Source: Girardia tigrina
Taxonomy: Eukaryota
DNA: 64,000 nt
Direction of reading: 5' to 3'
NCBI GenBank assembly: GCA_001938485.1
Contig: MQRK01244667.1
Span: forward strand, 68,150-132,149
The translations under genes and the position numbers were made by a program. Of this stretch, positions 14,053 to 27,777 are shown piece after piece. The notes beneath the pieces are model-generated. The model had not been told where the DNA came from, did no database searches, and worked only from the letters and a program-made list of their open reading frames with translations. Positions within the stretch are counted from its first letter, which is position 1, and each line of letters opens with the position of its first letter.

Positions 14053-15090
14053 TAATGGTTAAGTTTTGGATTGCGGTTTTGTATATTGTTAGTTATTTAG
14101 TTTAAATTTTAAATGATTGTATGGTTTGGTTTTGTGGTTATTTGTGCGGTTTCAGGTTTGTTAGTAATTTGTATTAAAATTTAAAATATGGTTTATTTTC
14201 GCTTAGAATTTAGGATCTGTATATTGTTTAGGTAGGAGTGATATTTATAGGTTTTAGTGATTTGGGTTTCAAATTTAAATTAGATTTTATTAAGTATTTT
14301 CGATTGCGGTTGTTTTTGAGAATTATGAGTGTATTTGGTATTTTGATGTTTGGTTTGTGAAAACATTTAAATAAGGGTGCGATTTGGATTTAGGTGTTTT
14401 TGTTAGTGGTATTTTGTATTTGTAGTCGGAGTCTGCTTTGAAGAAGAATTATGGTTTAAAGTTTTTTTTCGTTATTAGGGTTAAAATTTAAATTTGTTAT
14501 AGTTGTCTGTGAAGTTTTTTTTCATTGGGATAGGAGTAAGGTTTGGTGAAGCAGTTGAGATTGAATTAGTGTTAGTAATTTAGCTTTCAAATTAAAGTAA
14601 GGTTTTTTAGTGTTTTGGGTTTCCGTATTTTCGGATTTGGATTTGTTTAATTTAAAGAAGGGTTTCAAAGTATTTGGTTTAGTAGCGGTTTATGTAGTTT
14701 AGTCTTGTGTTTTTTATTTTTGTTCATATTTAAATTAAGGTTTATTTAATATTTCAGTTAGAGTTTGTATAGTAATCTAACTGCTGTTCTTTTAGAAATT
14801 TATGATTGTTATGATTTTTTACTTTTTGTTAAAATTAAAATTATGGTTTAGATAGTATTTATGTTGTGATTATTTGTGTAACTTATCTTTTAATTTGGGG
14901 TATAGTTCTATATCTAGGTCTCTTTTGAGACAGGAGTTGGTTAAAATTTAATGTATCGGTTAGTAATTATTAAGGTTTGTGGTTGTTTGTGTGATTTGAG
15001 GTTGTGTAAGTGATTTGGGTTAAAATGTAAATTTGAATTTCGTTATGATTTGTATATTGGGTTGTTGTTAGGGTTGGATCAAGGTTTTTT
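14053..15090. repeat. G+T-skewed degenerate repeat tract
   Basis: Very few C on the + strand; recurring TTAAAATTTAAAT-like motif every ~75-140 bp. Confidence 0.6.
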
Positions 15091-16392
15091 AATAATTTCT
15101 TTAATATACGGACGAAACATGTTAAAAAAGACTAAATTTCTATTGCAATTTTAGATCTACATGTCACACTGCTGCATTATGGGAGATTGAGTCAAGCGGA
15201 ATCATGACAGCCTTCACTGTTACAGTTGTATCTGTACGGCTGCCATGGGATAAGTAAACAGTGTAATTGTGCGCAAACTTGCAAGCTAAATTCACAAACC
15301 TTTCACACGTTCTACATTTCACGTATTGTGTTTTGCGCTTCCATTCAACAGGTTCAAACATATATGTTTGCAAGCAGTCACTACTATTTTACATTCACTT
15401 TTCTGTGATTATACCATTCTATAGTATAGTGTGAGAAGTGCTGAAAATATATTCTTCTGTTGCAAAGGAGCGAAGGAGTGTATTTGTGGTTAAGTTTTCT
15501 TCTAAAGCAGCGAAGGATAAATCTTCTGTTGTTGCAAAAGCATCAGGTTGTGATCACAAAAAAAATAGAAAGGTAGTTTTAAAAATCGGTTTTAAAAATT
15601 TCTCTCCAGTCTATCACTTTTACTTTGAACTTGGGGGCATATTTGGCCACTAGGGGGCAAAGTCCCTGTCATTGATTTACTCTTTTTTTGAAAGAGCTCC
15701 TTATATTCGAGAATTCTTATCTAATAAAAACCCCTCATCTGCTTTTTTTATTTTCATTAGAAACACCTCTGAACTTTCCTTTTTTGTAAAGAATAATGTT
15801 AGTTAATACTTACTTTGCTGCAGATCAAATAAAGTTGACGTTTTAAAACTAACTATCAATCTTTGATCTCCATGGATTCTTATAAATGAGGAATGCTTTT
15901 CATTTTGTACCTATTTTTATTGTCTGAAAAAATGATTTTTGGTTTTTATTTTTATATAAAATTATGTAAGAAACAAAATTTATTTTCTTCAGAATATTGT
16001 TGTTGAAGATTTTTCTCTTTTTTTTCTTAATGGAAAATTCCATATGGATACTCTTTTTGAACTCTCAGTGTCAATTTTAAAAATTAACTCGCACGAAATA
16101 TTGATTGTATATGTATTCTGTCATCAAAGAATTGAATTATTATTATTATTTGTGACTTGTTGATATTTGTTATTTGAAATAAAGTTTGATAAAAGAATTT
16201 GCGTTCATTATTCATATATTTATGTTGGAAGACCTTTCTGAATAATTGGAGTCAGATCAAAAGATACAAGATTATTGATTGAGAATTATTGATTAAAGAA
16301 TTAAGAAGAGATTTACGATTAAAGATAAAGATTTAAGATTTGTGTTTTAAAAAGTGAATAATTGAATTAAAGATAATTTTAAATTAAAACCC

Positions 16393-16432
<40 letters not shown>

Positions 16433-16631
16433 NNNNNNNNNNNNNNNNNNNNNNNNNNNNNNNNNNNNNNNNNNNNNNNNNNTATATATATATATATATA
16501 TATAATAAATTGTATATAGAAATAAAATAAATATATATAGAAAAAGATAAATAATACTCAAAATTGTTTAAATGCAAACAACCATTAAAAAATCTAGGCG
16601 GCCAATTCAACAAAAATCCTCCGATTGCGAC

Positions 16632-16810
16632 AAATCCAAGGAGCTCGACACTCGCTATTTCCTCTCAATCGTCGTCATTTGAATAATTCGTGCGAAGATC
16701 CCGCGAGTCCGATACACTCAATTCAATCTCAATCGATGTCATTTGAATAATTCGCCTTAAGATCCGACGAGCCCGACACTCGCTATTCCCTTTTAATCGT
16801 CGTATAATTC
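16632..16810. repeat. Three ~63-bp tandem repeats
   Basis: AAGATCC..GAG..CGACACTCGCTATT..TCAATCGTCGTCATTTGAATAATTCG repeated three times. Confidence 0.8.
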
Positions 16811-17240
16811 AGATAACTACATCAAATAAAAAATTCTCTATCTCAATTGTCTGTCTGTATCAAATTTCGTTGGCGATCCGAATAATTATCGTATATCAAC
16901 TATCTTATATGATTGATTCCCCCCTGTTAGCTTTTTTATATTGTTAAATTAAATTCCTTAAATTAAGAATTAATCTTTTTTTATATTTTTATTTATTAAT
17001 ATTATTTTTTGTTAAAAGAGCTCCCTGAAATGTCAGTTTCAGTAAGCTCTGTTACACGCGATCACATAATTTAATTTTTGAGTGTAACAAAACAAAGACA
17101 TTAAATGTCAGGAAAATATATATTATTTTATTCATCAATTTTTTTTACAGAAAAAAATATGGTTAATCAATTTTTTAAGAAAAAAGTTTTATTAGTAATG
17201 TGAGATATATCAGGAATAGAAACTGAAAGTGGAACCAGCT

Positions 17241-20200
17241 TTACAATGTTGAAATATCAGATTGAGTAGATTCATTTTCTTTTGCACGTCTCTCTTCTTT
17301 TTCTGATTCATTTTCATAGTCACTTGACCTATCACTTTTTTTCTTTCCTGGTACACTTAATTTAACCTCTTTTCTAGTCGAAGATTTTGATGATTTCTTA
17401 CTCCCTTCATGAACAATATATTTTGGGGTATGACTCGTTGTTGGTTCACTGTTTTTACTTACAGATTTTTTGTGACTGTAATCATAAGCAGGTTCACTGT
17501 CTTTACTTATAGACTTTTTGTGACTGTAATCATAAACATCTGATTTATTTTGATAATTTGGTGAATTTTTGTGACTATAATCACTAGCGTCTGATTTATT
17601 TTGATCATTCAGTGATTGTTTGTGACTATAGTCACTAGCATCTGATTTCCTATGGTCATTCAGTGATTTGTTGTGACTATGTTCACTACCATCTGATTTC
17701 CTATGGTCATTCAGTGATTTTTTGTTACTATATTCACTACCATCTGATTTCCTATCATCGTTCACTGATTTGTCTTGATCTTCAATGTACTCATAAATTT
17801 CATTATTTTTAAAGGATTGATCAACATTTCCTGATATGTTTTGTTTAACTTGGGTTGGAGCAATGGTTTTGCGCACATCGGAAGTTTCATCCACCCCAGT
17901 TAAACACTTATAGTCTTCCTGGAGATATGCAAATTCCTCTCTAGCTTCAATAAATTCACTTTCTTCCATTCCTTCACCAACAAACCAATGAACAAAAGAC
18001 CTTTTACTAAACAAAATATCAAATTTTGAATTAAGATTTCCAAGTTTTTGATGAAAACACGTATTATTACAGAGAAGTAAAAGACTTCTTTCAGTATCGT
18101 ATAGATGACTCTCTTTTGGTGCAATAGTAGGATGTCTATTAATACCTATTTTGTAACCTGTGGGGCACCAATCAATAAACTTAATAGATTCCTTTTTTTT
18201 AATCTCAAAAACAGCTTTATTGACTTCAGAAGGATAAACATTTCCCCGGTATTGTAAGCAGCAGGAAAGGAACTTTTCTTCATCAAAATTACATTCTAGC
18301 AATTTATTTTCAAAGGTGAAAACGTCTTTCGTTATTTGATTTGTCGAATGTAAATAATGAGCCCCCGTTTTATGGCAACATATTGGCGAATAAATGTCTA
18401 ATGGATAATGTAATCTTGGGTAAGGTATTAAATTTGTTGCAATTTGATCAAGATCGTTGTTAAGTGCATTTTCATACCGCATTGATACAGTAAAGGAGCT
18501 AAACACTTGGGCAAGCAACCTATTTATATTATTAAATGTTGGACTATTTATTTCCAATTTGTTTTGTACAACTTTAAAAATGGACTGGTTATCGTGCTGT
18601 AAACACAAATCCGTGGTATCTAAACAAGTTTTGCCAGATAACACTACATTATAAGGTTCAACGATGGCACATGATAAATGTGAGCTTGGAAGTATGGAGA
18701 ACTGCATTTTTGACCTCTTACTGTATTCAATACTTAATTGTTCCATAACCAATGATGTAAATCCAGATCCACATCCTCCACCAAAACTTTGAATGATCAT
18801 AAAACCTTGAATAGAATTACATAGGTTTGCCATATGTCGTAAAGTATCCATAAACTCTTCGAGATATGATTTACCAATTGTATAATGACCTCTGGCGAAA
18901 TTACATGACGAATCTTCAAGCCCAGAAATCAATTGATTGGGACCAAATAAGTCTCTGTATGTACCAGTGCGAATTTCATCTAAAACCATTAAACATTTGA
19001 AAATAAAGAATAATATCTTGATGAAATTTCAAAAGCAAAAGTTAATTTTTTATGAACTCTATTTTAACATATTTACAGAGGATATGAATTCATTTAGGGT
19101 ATTGACTTAAAAGAACTTCCTCTATAAACCTTATCCTATGTCTTCCTTTTTCGATTGAGGCTTTCAGCTTTCACAATTTTAATCTGTAAAATAATAAAAA
19201 AATAATGTCCTGGTAATGCTGAAACCATCTGTGAACAGGTTAATATATTATGTTATCATAATTATATTTTATATTTTAAACTTAATTGCATTTGAAGATA
19301 ATAAATTGTTGCAGAACATTCTCAAATCTCACGAAAGGACATTACATCAAAGTAGTATAAGTACGAAACAATTAGAAGTCCTAACGTTTTTAAAAGTCAA
19401 ACATATCGTTTTTGGATTTACTATCAATCCATGTTTCTAGGTGTTGTCTTAAAATATATTCCGTGAGAGTTGTGTGGAATTAATATGGCGCCGTTTATTA
19501 TGAATTACTTAATAAAAATGTTGCAATTGTAGCCGAACTTAATTGTGAACAACAACCTTCAAACATCACAAGAAAATCGAAATTAAGTAATACTTAAATT
19601 CACTATTTCAAAAGCACAGAAGAGGAAGTTTTACCGACCGAATTATATGGATTTTTTAATATAGGTCTGTCCAGAAAGTCTTGACTGATTTATAAACAAG
19701 TGAAAGATAAGCATTTATTGTTATTTTCATCATTATCTCTAATGTGTTCAAAGTATTGTCCATTGTGAGCCACGCAATTCTCCCACCGTTCTGGGAGTTT
19801 CCTAATACCTTTGGAGAAGAAATTGCGAGGTTTCTCTTCAATCTAACGCTGCAACATCACTTGAACTTCTTCTGCGGCGTTATAATTTCGTCCTCGGAGA
19901 GCGATTTTCATTGAGGAGAATAAATAAAAACGGAGGGAGCGAGGTCAGGTGAGTATGGTGGATGGGGCAATACACTGAACCCGATTTTCTGCAGCTTATT
20001 TACTGTTTGGTTGGCTGTGTGAGGCTGGCGTTATCGTGAAGGTAAGTAATTTGTTGAGCTCCTCCTCCCATAAGCTGCCTCCGCTTTTGTTGTATTGCAG
20101 CAACAAGACGATCCATCTTCTGACAGTAGATATCCACAGTAATTGTCTGTCCATGAGGGAGAATTTCCATTAGCAATACCCCTTGGTAGTCCCAAAAAAC

Positions 20201-23200
20201 TGAAATCATGTACTTTCTGGGTGTAAGCATATGACGAACTTCGAATGGAGGATCGTCTCCTTCTCCTCGCCAAGAACGATGATGTAGTGAGCCTCCATTG
20301 TCCCAATATATCCAGGATTCATCCATGGTAACTAATTATCCAAGAAAATCAAAAGCTAACAGCTCGTTGCATATTCTTGCTCTATTAGCTATTTGTTCAG
20401 GGGACAATAGATGTAGGATCCATCGATTACACAGGTACCTTTTCCCCATGTGAATGAGATGATTTCGAGCTACCTCCGGGGAAATTGCCAACTCAAGTGC
20501 TATTTGCTAACGCAATGAAAATACAACTTTCAAACAATATTACAAAATAATATTTATTTTTGAAACAATTTGTTAACTGATATTTTGAAATTAGTTTGCC
20601 TACAATAGGAAAAATTGATTATTTTTTTCCCTTTTACTTAATCATTCACATATGTATATGTTATCTATACTGTAAATATCATAGACATTTATTAATGCGT
20701 TCACTAGATACTTATAGAAGACCATCGGTCAAAACTTTCTGGACAGACCTGTAATAATGTTTAACATTAAAGTTAGTTTCACCGATTCTTTGCTTCAAAT
20801 CGGCAGATTTTTAAAAACACAAAATCTAAAAAATCGCCTGTGCGCTGGGGGCTGTTATAAATTGTGCCAGAAAACCTTTTGTTGAGTAATTGTGCTATTT
20901 AATAAATGAAACATTAAAAAATGCATAAAAGTTTGCTCCATCCCAATGTTAACCAGTTTTCAAATTATTTTGTGTAAATATTTTTGATTGCCATGGTAAA
21001 TAACATATGTACAGTGACATCTCGAATCCCCTAAAAGTACATATGTGTACCATGGTCCATTATCTACCATGAAAAATAAATTTAAATTATTGAATATTAC
21101 AATAATAAAATCACAACAATTAAAAATATAAAAAGTATATTAAGGGTCGACAAGGTTTTTATTTTGTAAATATTTTAATTCCAATTAGAGAAAAGTTGAT
21201 GATATTTTATTTATCTTATATTTTATTAAATATTTTAATATTTATATTATATTTTTATATCAAAGATATTTAATATTTTTTCGTGAAACGTTTAATTTAA
21301 TTAATCATTTTGTTAATTTCATAAAAAATAGGAAAATATCTTAGTAATTTAGGGTACAATTAACTTGTTTTAAAGGTTAACTCGTTTGTTTAAGTTGAAG
21401 AAATAAAACTTGTTAAGTGTTTTTTCACCTTTATTGGGGATATAAACGGTTTTATTAATGTTTTATTAGTGTTTTATTTGATCTTGTAAAAATAGAGTAC
21501 TAAATTTATACCCGCTGTTCTTTCGTCATTAAGATGAAAAACATTAAACTGGTTTTACTTATAAACCTAATTTGATGAATTATAAAAAAAATTATAATTT
21601 CGGATTTTTATGATTATATCTGTTATCAGTAAAAATATTAAGAAATTTTAAAAGGTATTGCTATTTCCACAGTCTTGATGAAACATAGAGGTACCTATTA
21701 AGAACACAAATATGAATTTTAATATTTTTATTATTACAATAAGTTTTATTGTCCTCAGGACAATTTTTGTCAAAGCTTTCGTAAGATTGCATCAGTCTAT
21801 CAATTAATGACTTTAATCTTATTATCTGAGCAAATGGAGAATTAAATAAATTTTTTAAATATTTACTCAAAAATTTATTGGTTAAAAATTAAAATGATTA
21901 TTAATTATTTAAAAAATATTAATTCAATTTATTTATTTAATAATTGTAAATAAAATTAATAAACTTATTTAAAATTTTACAATTATTTTAAATTAGAAAT
22001 AAATTTAAACATTACATATTTTCAGATAATAAGAATTAAAACATTAATCATCCATCTGGGTAGGAGAGACACAATTCCAAATCAACATACAACATTCAAA
22101 CACAAAATATTCCTCACAGTACCCTCTTTTTATAGGGAGGATAACGTTGTAGAATAAAATATTGAAAATTTTCAGTATTTTTAATTCTTGGAATATCTAA
22201 AATAAAAATATCGTGATGCAAGATCGAAACCAAATTTGACTACAGGGTGCCAAGTAGAATACCAAAAGATTTTATGAAAACAAAGTGTATTTAATGAAAA
22301 ACGTGATAAAAGCAAACAATTATATTTACATAAATAAGCTTGATGTCAGAGGTGTTCAAAATGTCCTCCGTCATTGCCGCAACCTTTGGTTTTATTTATG
22401 TAAATATAAATTTTATCTATTAATTCTATTGTAAACACTATGAGTTCTGGTCATTTTACTCAACAGAAACAGTTGCACCATGTACACACTGATCCAGTGT
22501 GTCTACATTTCCTTTAGAGTTGTTATAATCTAGTATTATTTGAAGTTTTTTGTCCTCCCGGCCACTATGTTCCGCATCGTGATGCACACTAAAGAGTAAA
22601 ATAACCGTCTTGTTCTTTTTCGGCACGTAAGAATAGAGGGCCAATGCAACGGTAAAGCCGAACAATGACGTATAAACTTTCCGGCTATTATTCTTCTTCA
22701 TAAATAGAGGAGGAATCTGAGATTTATTAGCTCTAAATGTGCCAAGTTAAGTAAGACCGTTGTTCAATAAACTGCGTGCCAAGGATACAGATGTAATAAA
22801 ATATCTGTAGTGATATTGTGACCACTGTCAGACAATGGAATGTCAATCGTTTTAACAACACGCTGGGCTAGGCCAACTTCTGTAAGAATGCCTTCTTTAT
22901 CAAGGTAAACTAGAGCATTGACGACATAAGTAGTATTGGTACCAGTGAGCTAAAAGATTTTATTCCCATTCTGATCCGACTTAGAAGCTTTGCACATTCG
23001 AAAGGGACATCTTCATTGGAAGCCAAGCAGCTTGTGCAATTAGCTCCATAAACATAGCACATTCGACGGTAGGTTTATTAAAATTTAATTTAGAGTCAAT
23101 ACAAAGATTTATTATAAAGTAATAAAGTAAATTTTAATTTTGATGGAAATATTTAATGGAAGTAAAATAAACAGGAACATAAAGTTTAATATTTAATTTT

Positions 23201-26200
23201 TGAAATGAAAATAAACGAAACTATTATTTTGTAACTTTAATTTTAATATAATTTTAAAACGACTAAATTGAAGTAAATTAAAATGTGATTTTAATTCTTT
23301 TTTTTGAAAATATGATTTTATAGAAATGGAAATGCAATTGAGAAACGATTAAATTAAAATTGTAAAATACAACGGAAATTTAATAAAAATCGAAACAAAA
23401 TCTTTGTGACAAAATTTTAATAAAATACCTTTATAAGAAATGGAAATTCAATTGAGAAACGATTAAATTAAAATTGTAAAATACAACGGAAATTTAATAA
23501 AAAACGAAATAAAATCTTTGTGACAAAATTTTAATAAAATACCTTTACAAGACGAGTAGAAAATTTAAATTCTTAATAAATAAAATAATATTATCTATAT
23601 ATATTTTTATTTATAATGGTTTGTGTAAAAAAAGAAAGTGCTTAGGTTCCTCGAAAATATTTGTTTAAAAAACTATTTGTGATAGAAATAAATTTTGGTG
23701 TTGAGTTTAAATTTTGAATCCGATCCCAATAACTGCCAATTTTTATTTCTATTCCATTTTGAGACTTTAACAAATTGCTGTGTGAACGAGTGGTTGGAGA
23801 AACGCAGCACAATAATTCTCTTCTCTCCTGCCAGCGCATGCAAATCACAATGTGCATAAAGTTTATACAGTAGAACCTCTCCATAGTCTCACTTTCTATA
23901 GTCTCCCTCTCCATTGAGTCATAGTATTCATCAAGGTATTAACGCTGCCTTGTCTTCAATTGACCTTCTGCTATTTATAGTAACACATGATTTTTGCCAT
24001 TCTTTGGTTGTCTTTCTATGGTCATGTCAATTTAGTATGCTCAACTTATGTTAATGCATGTGCTATTTTCTCTCTATTTGCTATCAGAGGAAGTATGTGT
24101 GTGTATTTGGATAGCAGGGGCAGGTGAAAAATTGCATACAGTGTTTTTATTAAAAAGTGTGTATGTACTTCTGTCATTTATTTTTCTCTATCTAGTGTAA
24201 AAATTCATGCACTCACAGAACTTGAGGGAACATATTATTGGATACACCTCATTAAAGTTGTCTGATAATCTAGTTGACTTAAAATGATCTTTGAGACTGA
24301 GTGATAAAACATGAATCAGGTTAAGGTCAGCCCACGCCCTCAATGATGTGTATGTGTGAGTGCATGTAGTTTTTATTGTGTGTGTCCATTATTTGTTTTA
24401 GTGTTTCAATCACAAGCAACCCTTCTAGTTCTGCTGAGACTATTCGATTACTTGGCGTCCAGTTTCGCTGTTGCAATGGATAAATTCCTTATTCGAAGGG
24501 CAAAGATTATATCGTCTACTAATTTATTAACGTCTGTCACTAATTTAACTACATACTCAACGTCGGCCGCTATTCCAACTGCATCCTCATCATCTGCCGT
24601 AATTTCAACGTCAACAACTTAATGACCAAGACAGCCATGACATTCCCTAAAGCATTGAAGAAAAATAAAGGAGGACAAAACTTCCAGCCCGACTGGCTAA
24701 CACGGTTCCCATGGTTACAATATTCGACCGAACATGATGCTGCATTTTGTTTTGCCTGTTGTATCTTCCAGAATCTAGGAAGTAAAGAGATAGCTTACAG
24801 GAGCACTGGTTTTAGAAATTTGAAATACGCTTTAGACAAGAACAAAGGCTTTTCGCAACATGAAGCCAGTATGGTTCACGTGCGTGCCATGTCTATGTGG
24901 AACGAACGGGAACAGAGATTGCAATACAGTCTCACGGTATCAACTGTATTAAATGACAAAGATCTTGAGGATAATCGACTTTATGTCAAATCAATCACAG
25001 AAATCATTCAAATCCTCGCATTAAATGAATAAGCATTTAGAGGGCGTTATTACATAGAAGATAGTGAGGCACGTTCTTTTTTCAGAAACTAATTTGAATT
25101 TATTCTTCGTAAAGACGCGAAATTATCCGAATGAAGTCAACATATTCCAAAAAACGCGAGCTACCTCTTATGTGATATTCAAAATGAAATGCTCAAAATT
25201 ATGGGTGATATTGTCCGTGAATGGATCGTAAATGACACCAACATAGCTGACGTTCCATGGTTCACACTTTTAGAATATGGAACAAGGGACAAGTCAAACC
25301 GTGAAGATGTGGCGATCGGAATTCGATATGTGAAAGACGGAAAGGCGTGCGAGTCGTTGTTGTCGATTGATTTAGATGCAGCGTCCTTTACAGATTTGGC
25401 TCTTGAAACGCTATAAAAACTGTTTAGATGAGAACTGTTGATTGAGTCAGTGCTATGATGGGGCTAGCGTAATGAGCGGACAACAAGGTGGCGTTCAAGC
25501 TAGAATCCAAACAATGCTGAAACGCAGGGTTCCTTCCGTTCACTGCAACAATCATCGACTACACCTTGTCATTGTGAAAACCACGTCCCACATCCCTGCT
25601 GTGAATCAATTTTTTGAACAATGCTCAATGTTCCGTGAATTCTTGCCCCATCCCAAAATTTAAGCTCTATATGAAGGCAAAACAATTCCACGTCTTCTGC
25701 AGCAAAGCTGGTCAGGGCATTTGGCTATTACCAATGTTATTCATGCCAATTATACTCCGATTCTCGATGTTTTGATGGATATTCCATCTGGATTCTTTGC
25801 TGGTGATGATGTGGCAATAAATACACTTATTATAGCAAACACTGAAAAATTGACGTTTTCATGAATAATCACAGCCACCATTGAATAATTACCTAATGTC
25901 AGTAAGGTGAACTATTATGACGAACAGCACAGAAATAAATGACACTTCCATTAACGTAACACTATTTATATGGGGGCTTAAAATAATGATAGAGCGATAA
26001 AAATAGTGATTGTCTTCAAAGTTAAACCAAAAAAAAACGGTAGGACAAGCAAAGATATTAACATTTAAAGTTCAATGATGATATTTTGTCAGCGGTGCAC
26101 AGTATCAGAGTTAAGTAATCAATTGCTCAAAGTCATGCGAATTGGACATAATGAATAGACTGGTTGAAGCTATTGTTATTAAGACATGTAGATTTATGAG

Positions 26201-26969
26201 GGGTTACAAAAATTAAAAAAAAACAATTTATATAAATAAAATTTGAGAAATAATACGTTCATTTTCTTATCAGTCGATACAAATTCATAAGATCTTATGT
26301 AACACTCTTTCATTTTTTTTCTATTGGTAAATTTTAACAAACATAAACTTATTATATTTGTTCGATCCATTCTGGGGTAACTCGCAATGACAATCGTATG
26401 AAGCAAGGTAAACAGATTTTGTAGAATAAATGTCGATTTAGACAAGAATCAAATGTCAACAGGACACTATCGATAGAAATGCCGAACCACATTTGGTGAC
26501 GCAAAAAAACTTGCATATAGACGAATTACATATAAGCAATACCTACCGTATATGACTCAATTTTGTACCAGGCAACATATTACAGTTTTTTGTAAGAAAT
26601 TTAAATTAAAAAAAATCAACAAAATTTTCGAAATGACTGTACCTATAACGCTGGGTTCTAAATCTATACTGATCGTTCTCGGTACAAATTTATTATGTGA
26701 AACTTCCATAAAAATGCTTTCAGATGATAGAGAATGTGCAGAAGGTTCTGATAAAGTCGAGAATCCATTAGTACTAATTCCATGTTCCAAGCACATTAAC
26801 TCCCAAACGGCATTTGAGATTTGTACTCCAGCTTGTCCGATATTTACGCAAATGAGTTCTTTCTGGAAGACAAATATTTCAAAATCTTCCTTCAGGTACT
26901 TTATTTATTGAAAATAAAAGTTTCTCTTTTAATAATTATGTATATTATGTCATTTATAAAACTAACCAT
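17241..26969 (-). CDS. Divergent alpha-tubulin, about 653 aa, with long repetitive C-terminal tail; exons 26967-26969 (ATG), 26643-26862, 17241-18979
   Basis: GQAGVQ, CLEHGI, DLEPSVI|DEIRTG, GGGCGSG, NLIPYPR, FVHWFVGEGMEE. The intron after the ATG and the phase-1 intron at VI|D are typical animal alpha-tubulin positions; phases join in frame. Confidence 0.93.
17430..17772 (-). repeat. Coding minisatellite (51/48-nt units) in the tubulin tail
   Basis: KSLNDHRKSDxSxxSHK-type 17-aa unit five times, then two shorter variants. Confidence 0.9.
19662..20751 (-). mobile_element. Decayed mariner element in tubulin intron 2
   Basis: TIRs AGGTCTGTCCAGAAAG / CTTTCTGGACAGACCTG, TA TSD; WIxHLL, MDESWIY, HDNA, HPPYSPDLAPS motifs. 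Confidence 0.92.
22440..23040 (-). mobile_element. piggyBac transposase fragment
   Basis: SYVPKKNKTVILL..H, IILDYNNSKGNVDTLDQ, GHNITTD, RCPFRM. Confidence 0.85.
23323..23550. repeat. Tandem duplication of a ~114-bp unit
   Basis: GAAATGGAAAT..CAATTGAGAAACGATTAAATT...AAAATACCTTTA twice, nearly identical. Confidence 0.9.
24475..25815 (+). mobile_element. hAT (ZMYM1-like) transposase pseudogene
   Basis: TTF zinc finger (FPWLQYS..DAAFCFAC), DUF4371-like region, SQCYDGASVMSG..GVQ, VHCNNHRLHL; several stops. Confidence 0.9.
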
Positions 26970-27538
26970 TAGTTCATTAGATCAATGATACTAAATATCG
27001 ATCAATACAACGATTTGGATTTCAGTTATCTCAGGTTATTTTATTTTAAAATAATTTAAGAAAAAAATATTTAAGCATCATATACCAGATGACTATCCTG
27101 TGTTGCCGGAGAAAAAATTGTTTGTAATAAAAACATTTAAAAAACAAAGGTTTCAGCAATTTTTTTAATTTGTTAATTTGAAAATCTATTTGCTCTTTCT
27201 TCCCCCTCTTCCTCGGTGAGGTGGGTACACCGCTGGGATGATTATATATATATATATATATNNNNNNNNNNNNNNNNNNNNNNNNNNNNNNNNNNNNNNN
27301 NNNNNNNNNNNNNNNNNNNNNNNNNNNNNNNNNNNNNNNNNNNNNNNNNNNNNNNNNNNNNNNNNNNNNNNNNNNNNNNNNNNNNNNNNNNNNNNNNNNN
27401 NNNNNNNNNNNNNNNNNNNNNNNNNNNNNNNNNNNNNNNNNNNNNNNNNNNNNNNNNNNNNNNNNNNNNNNNNNNNNNNNNNNNNNNNNNNNNNNNNNNN
27501 NNNNNNNNNNNNNNNNCTTTAATCAAATTATATTTTCG

Positions 27539-27580
<42 letters not shown>

Positions 27581-27777
27581 CTTTTTTTAAATGTTTTGAA
27601 ATTTGTTTCGAAATAAATGTTTCCAGTTCATATGACTATTTTAATGGATTTAGGGTGTCTTAAAATCTCGAAACGGCTTGGCCTTTAATTAAAAAATTAA
27701 AAATGATGTATTTATTTACAAAAATTATTTATTATATAAAAACATTTTTTTGGAAAATAATTGATTTTTTGTAAAAC

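Noticed and set aside
14053-15090. Mitochondrial insertion (NUMT)
   Set aside because: Skew is mitochondria-like but no protein, rRNA or tRNA motifs were recognised
11900-16300. Possible + strand spliced gene (splice-like sites near 12160, 12356-12400, 15992)
   Set aside because: Exons could not be joined in a consistent frame and no homology was recognised
16632-16810. CRISPR-like array
   Set aside because: Whole units repeat with no unique spacers, eukaryotic context, no cas genes
21661-21870. Nested gene exon in the tubulin intron
   Set aside because: Isolated AT-rich ORF with no partner exons or homology
26552-26911. + strand ORFs overlapping real exons (also 18457-18654, 32850-33053, 49121-49312)
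   Set aside because: Antisense shadows of tubulin and RagC/D exons
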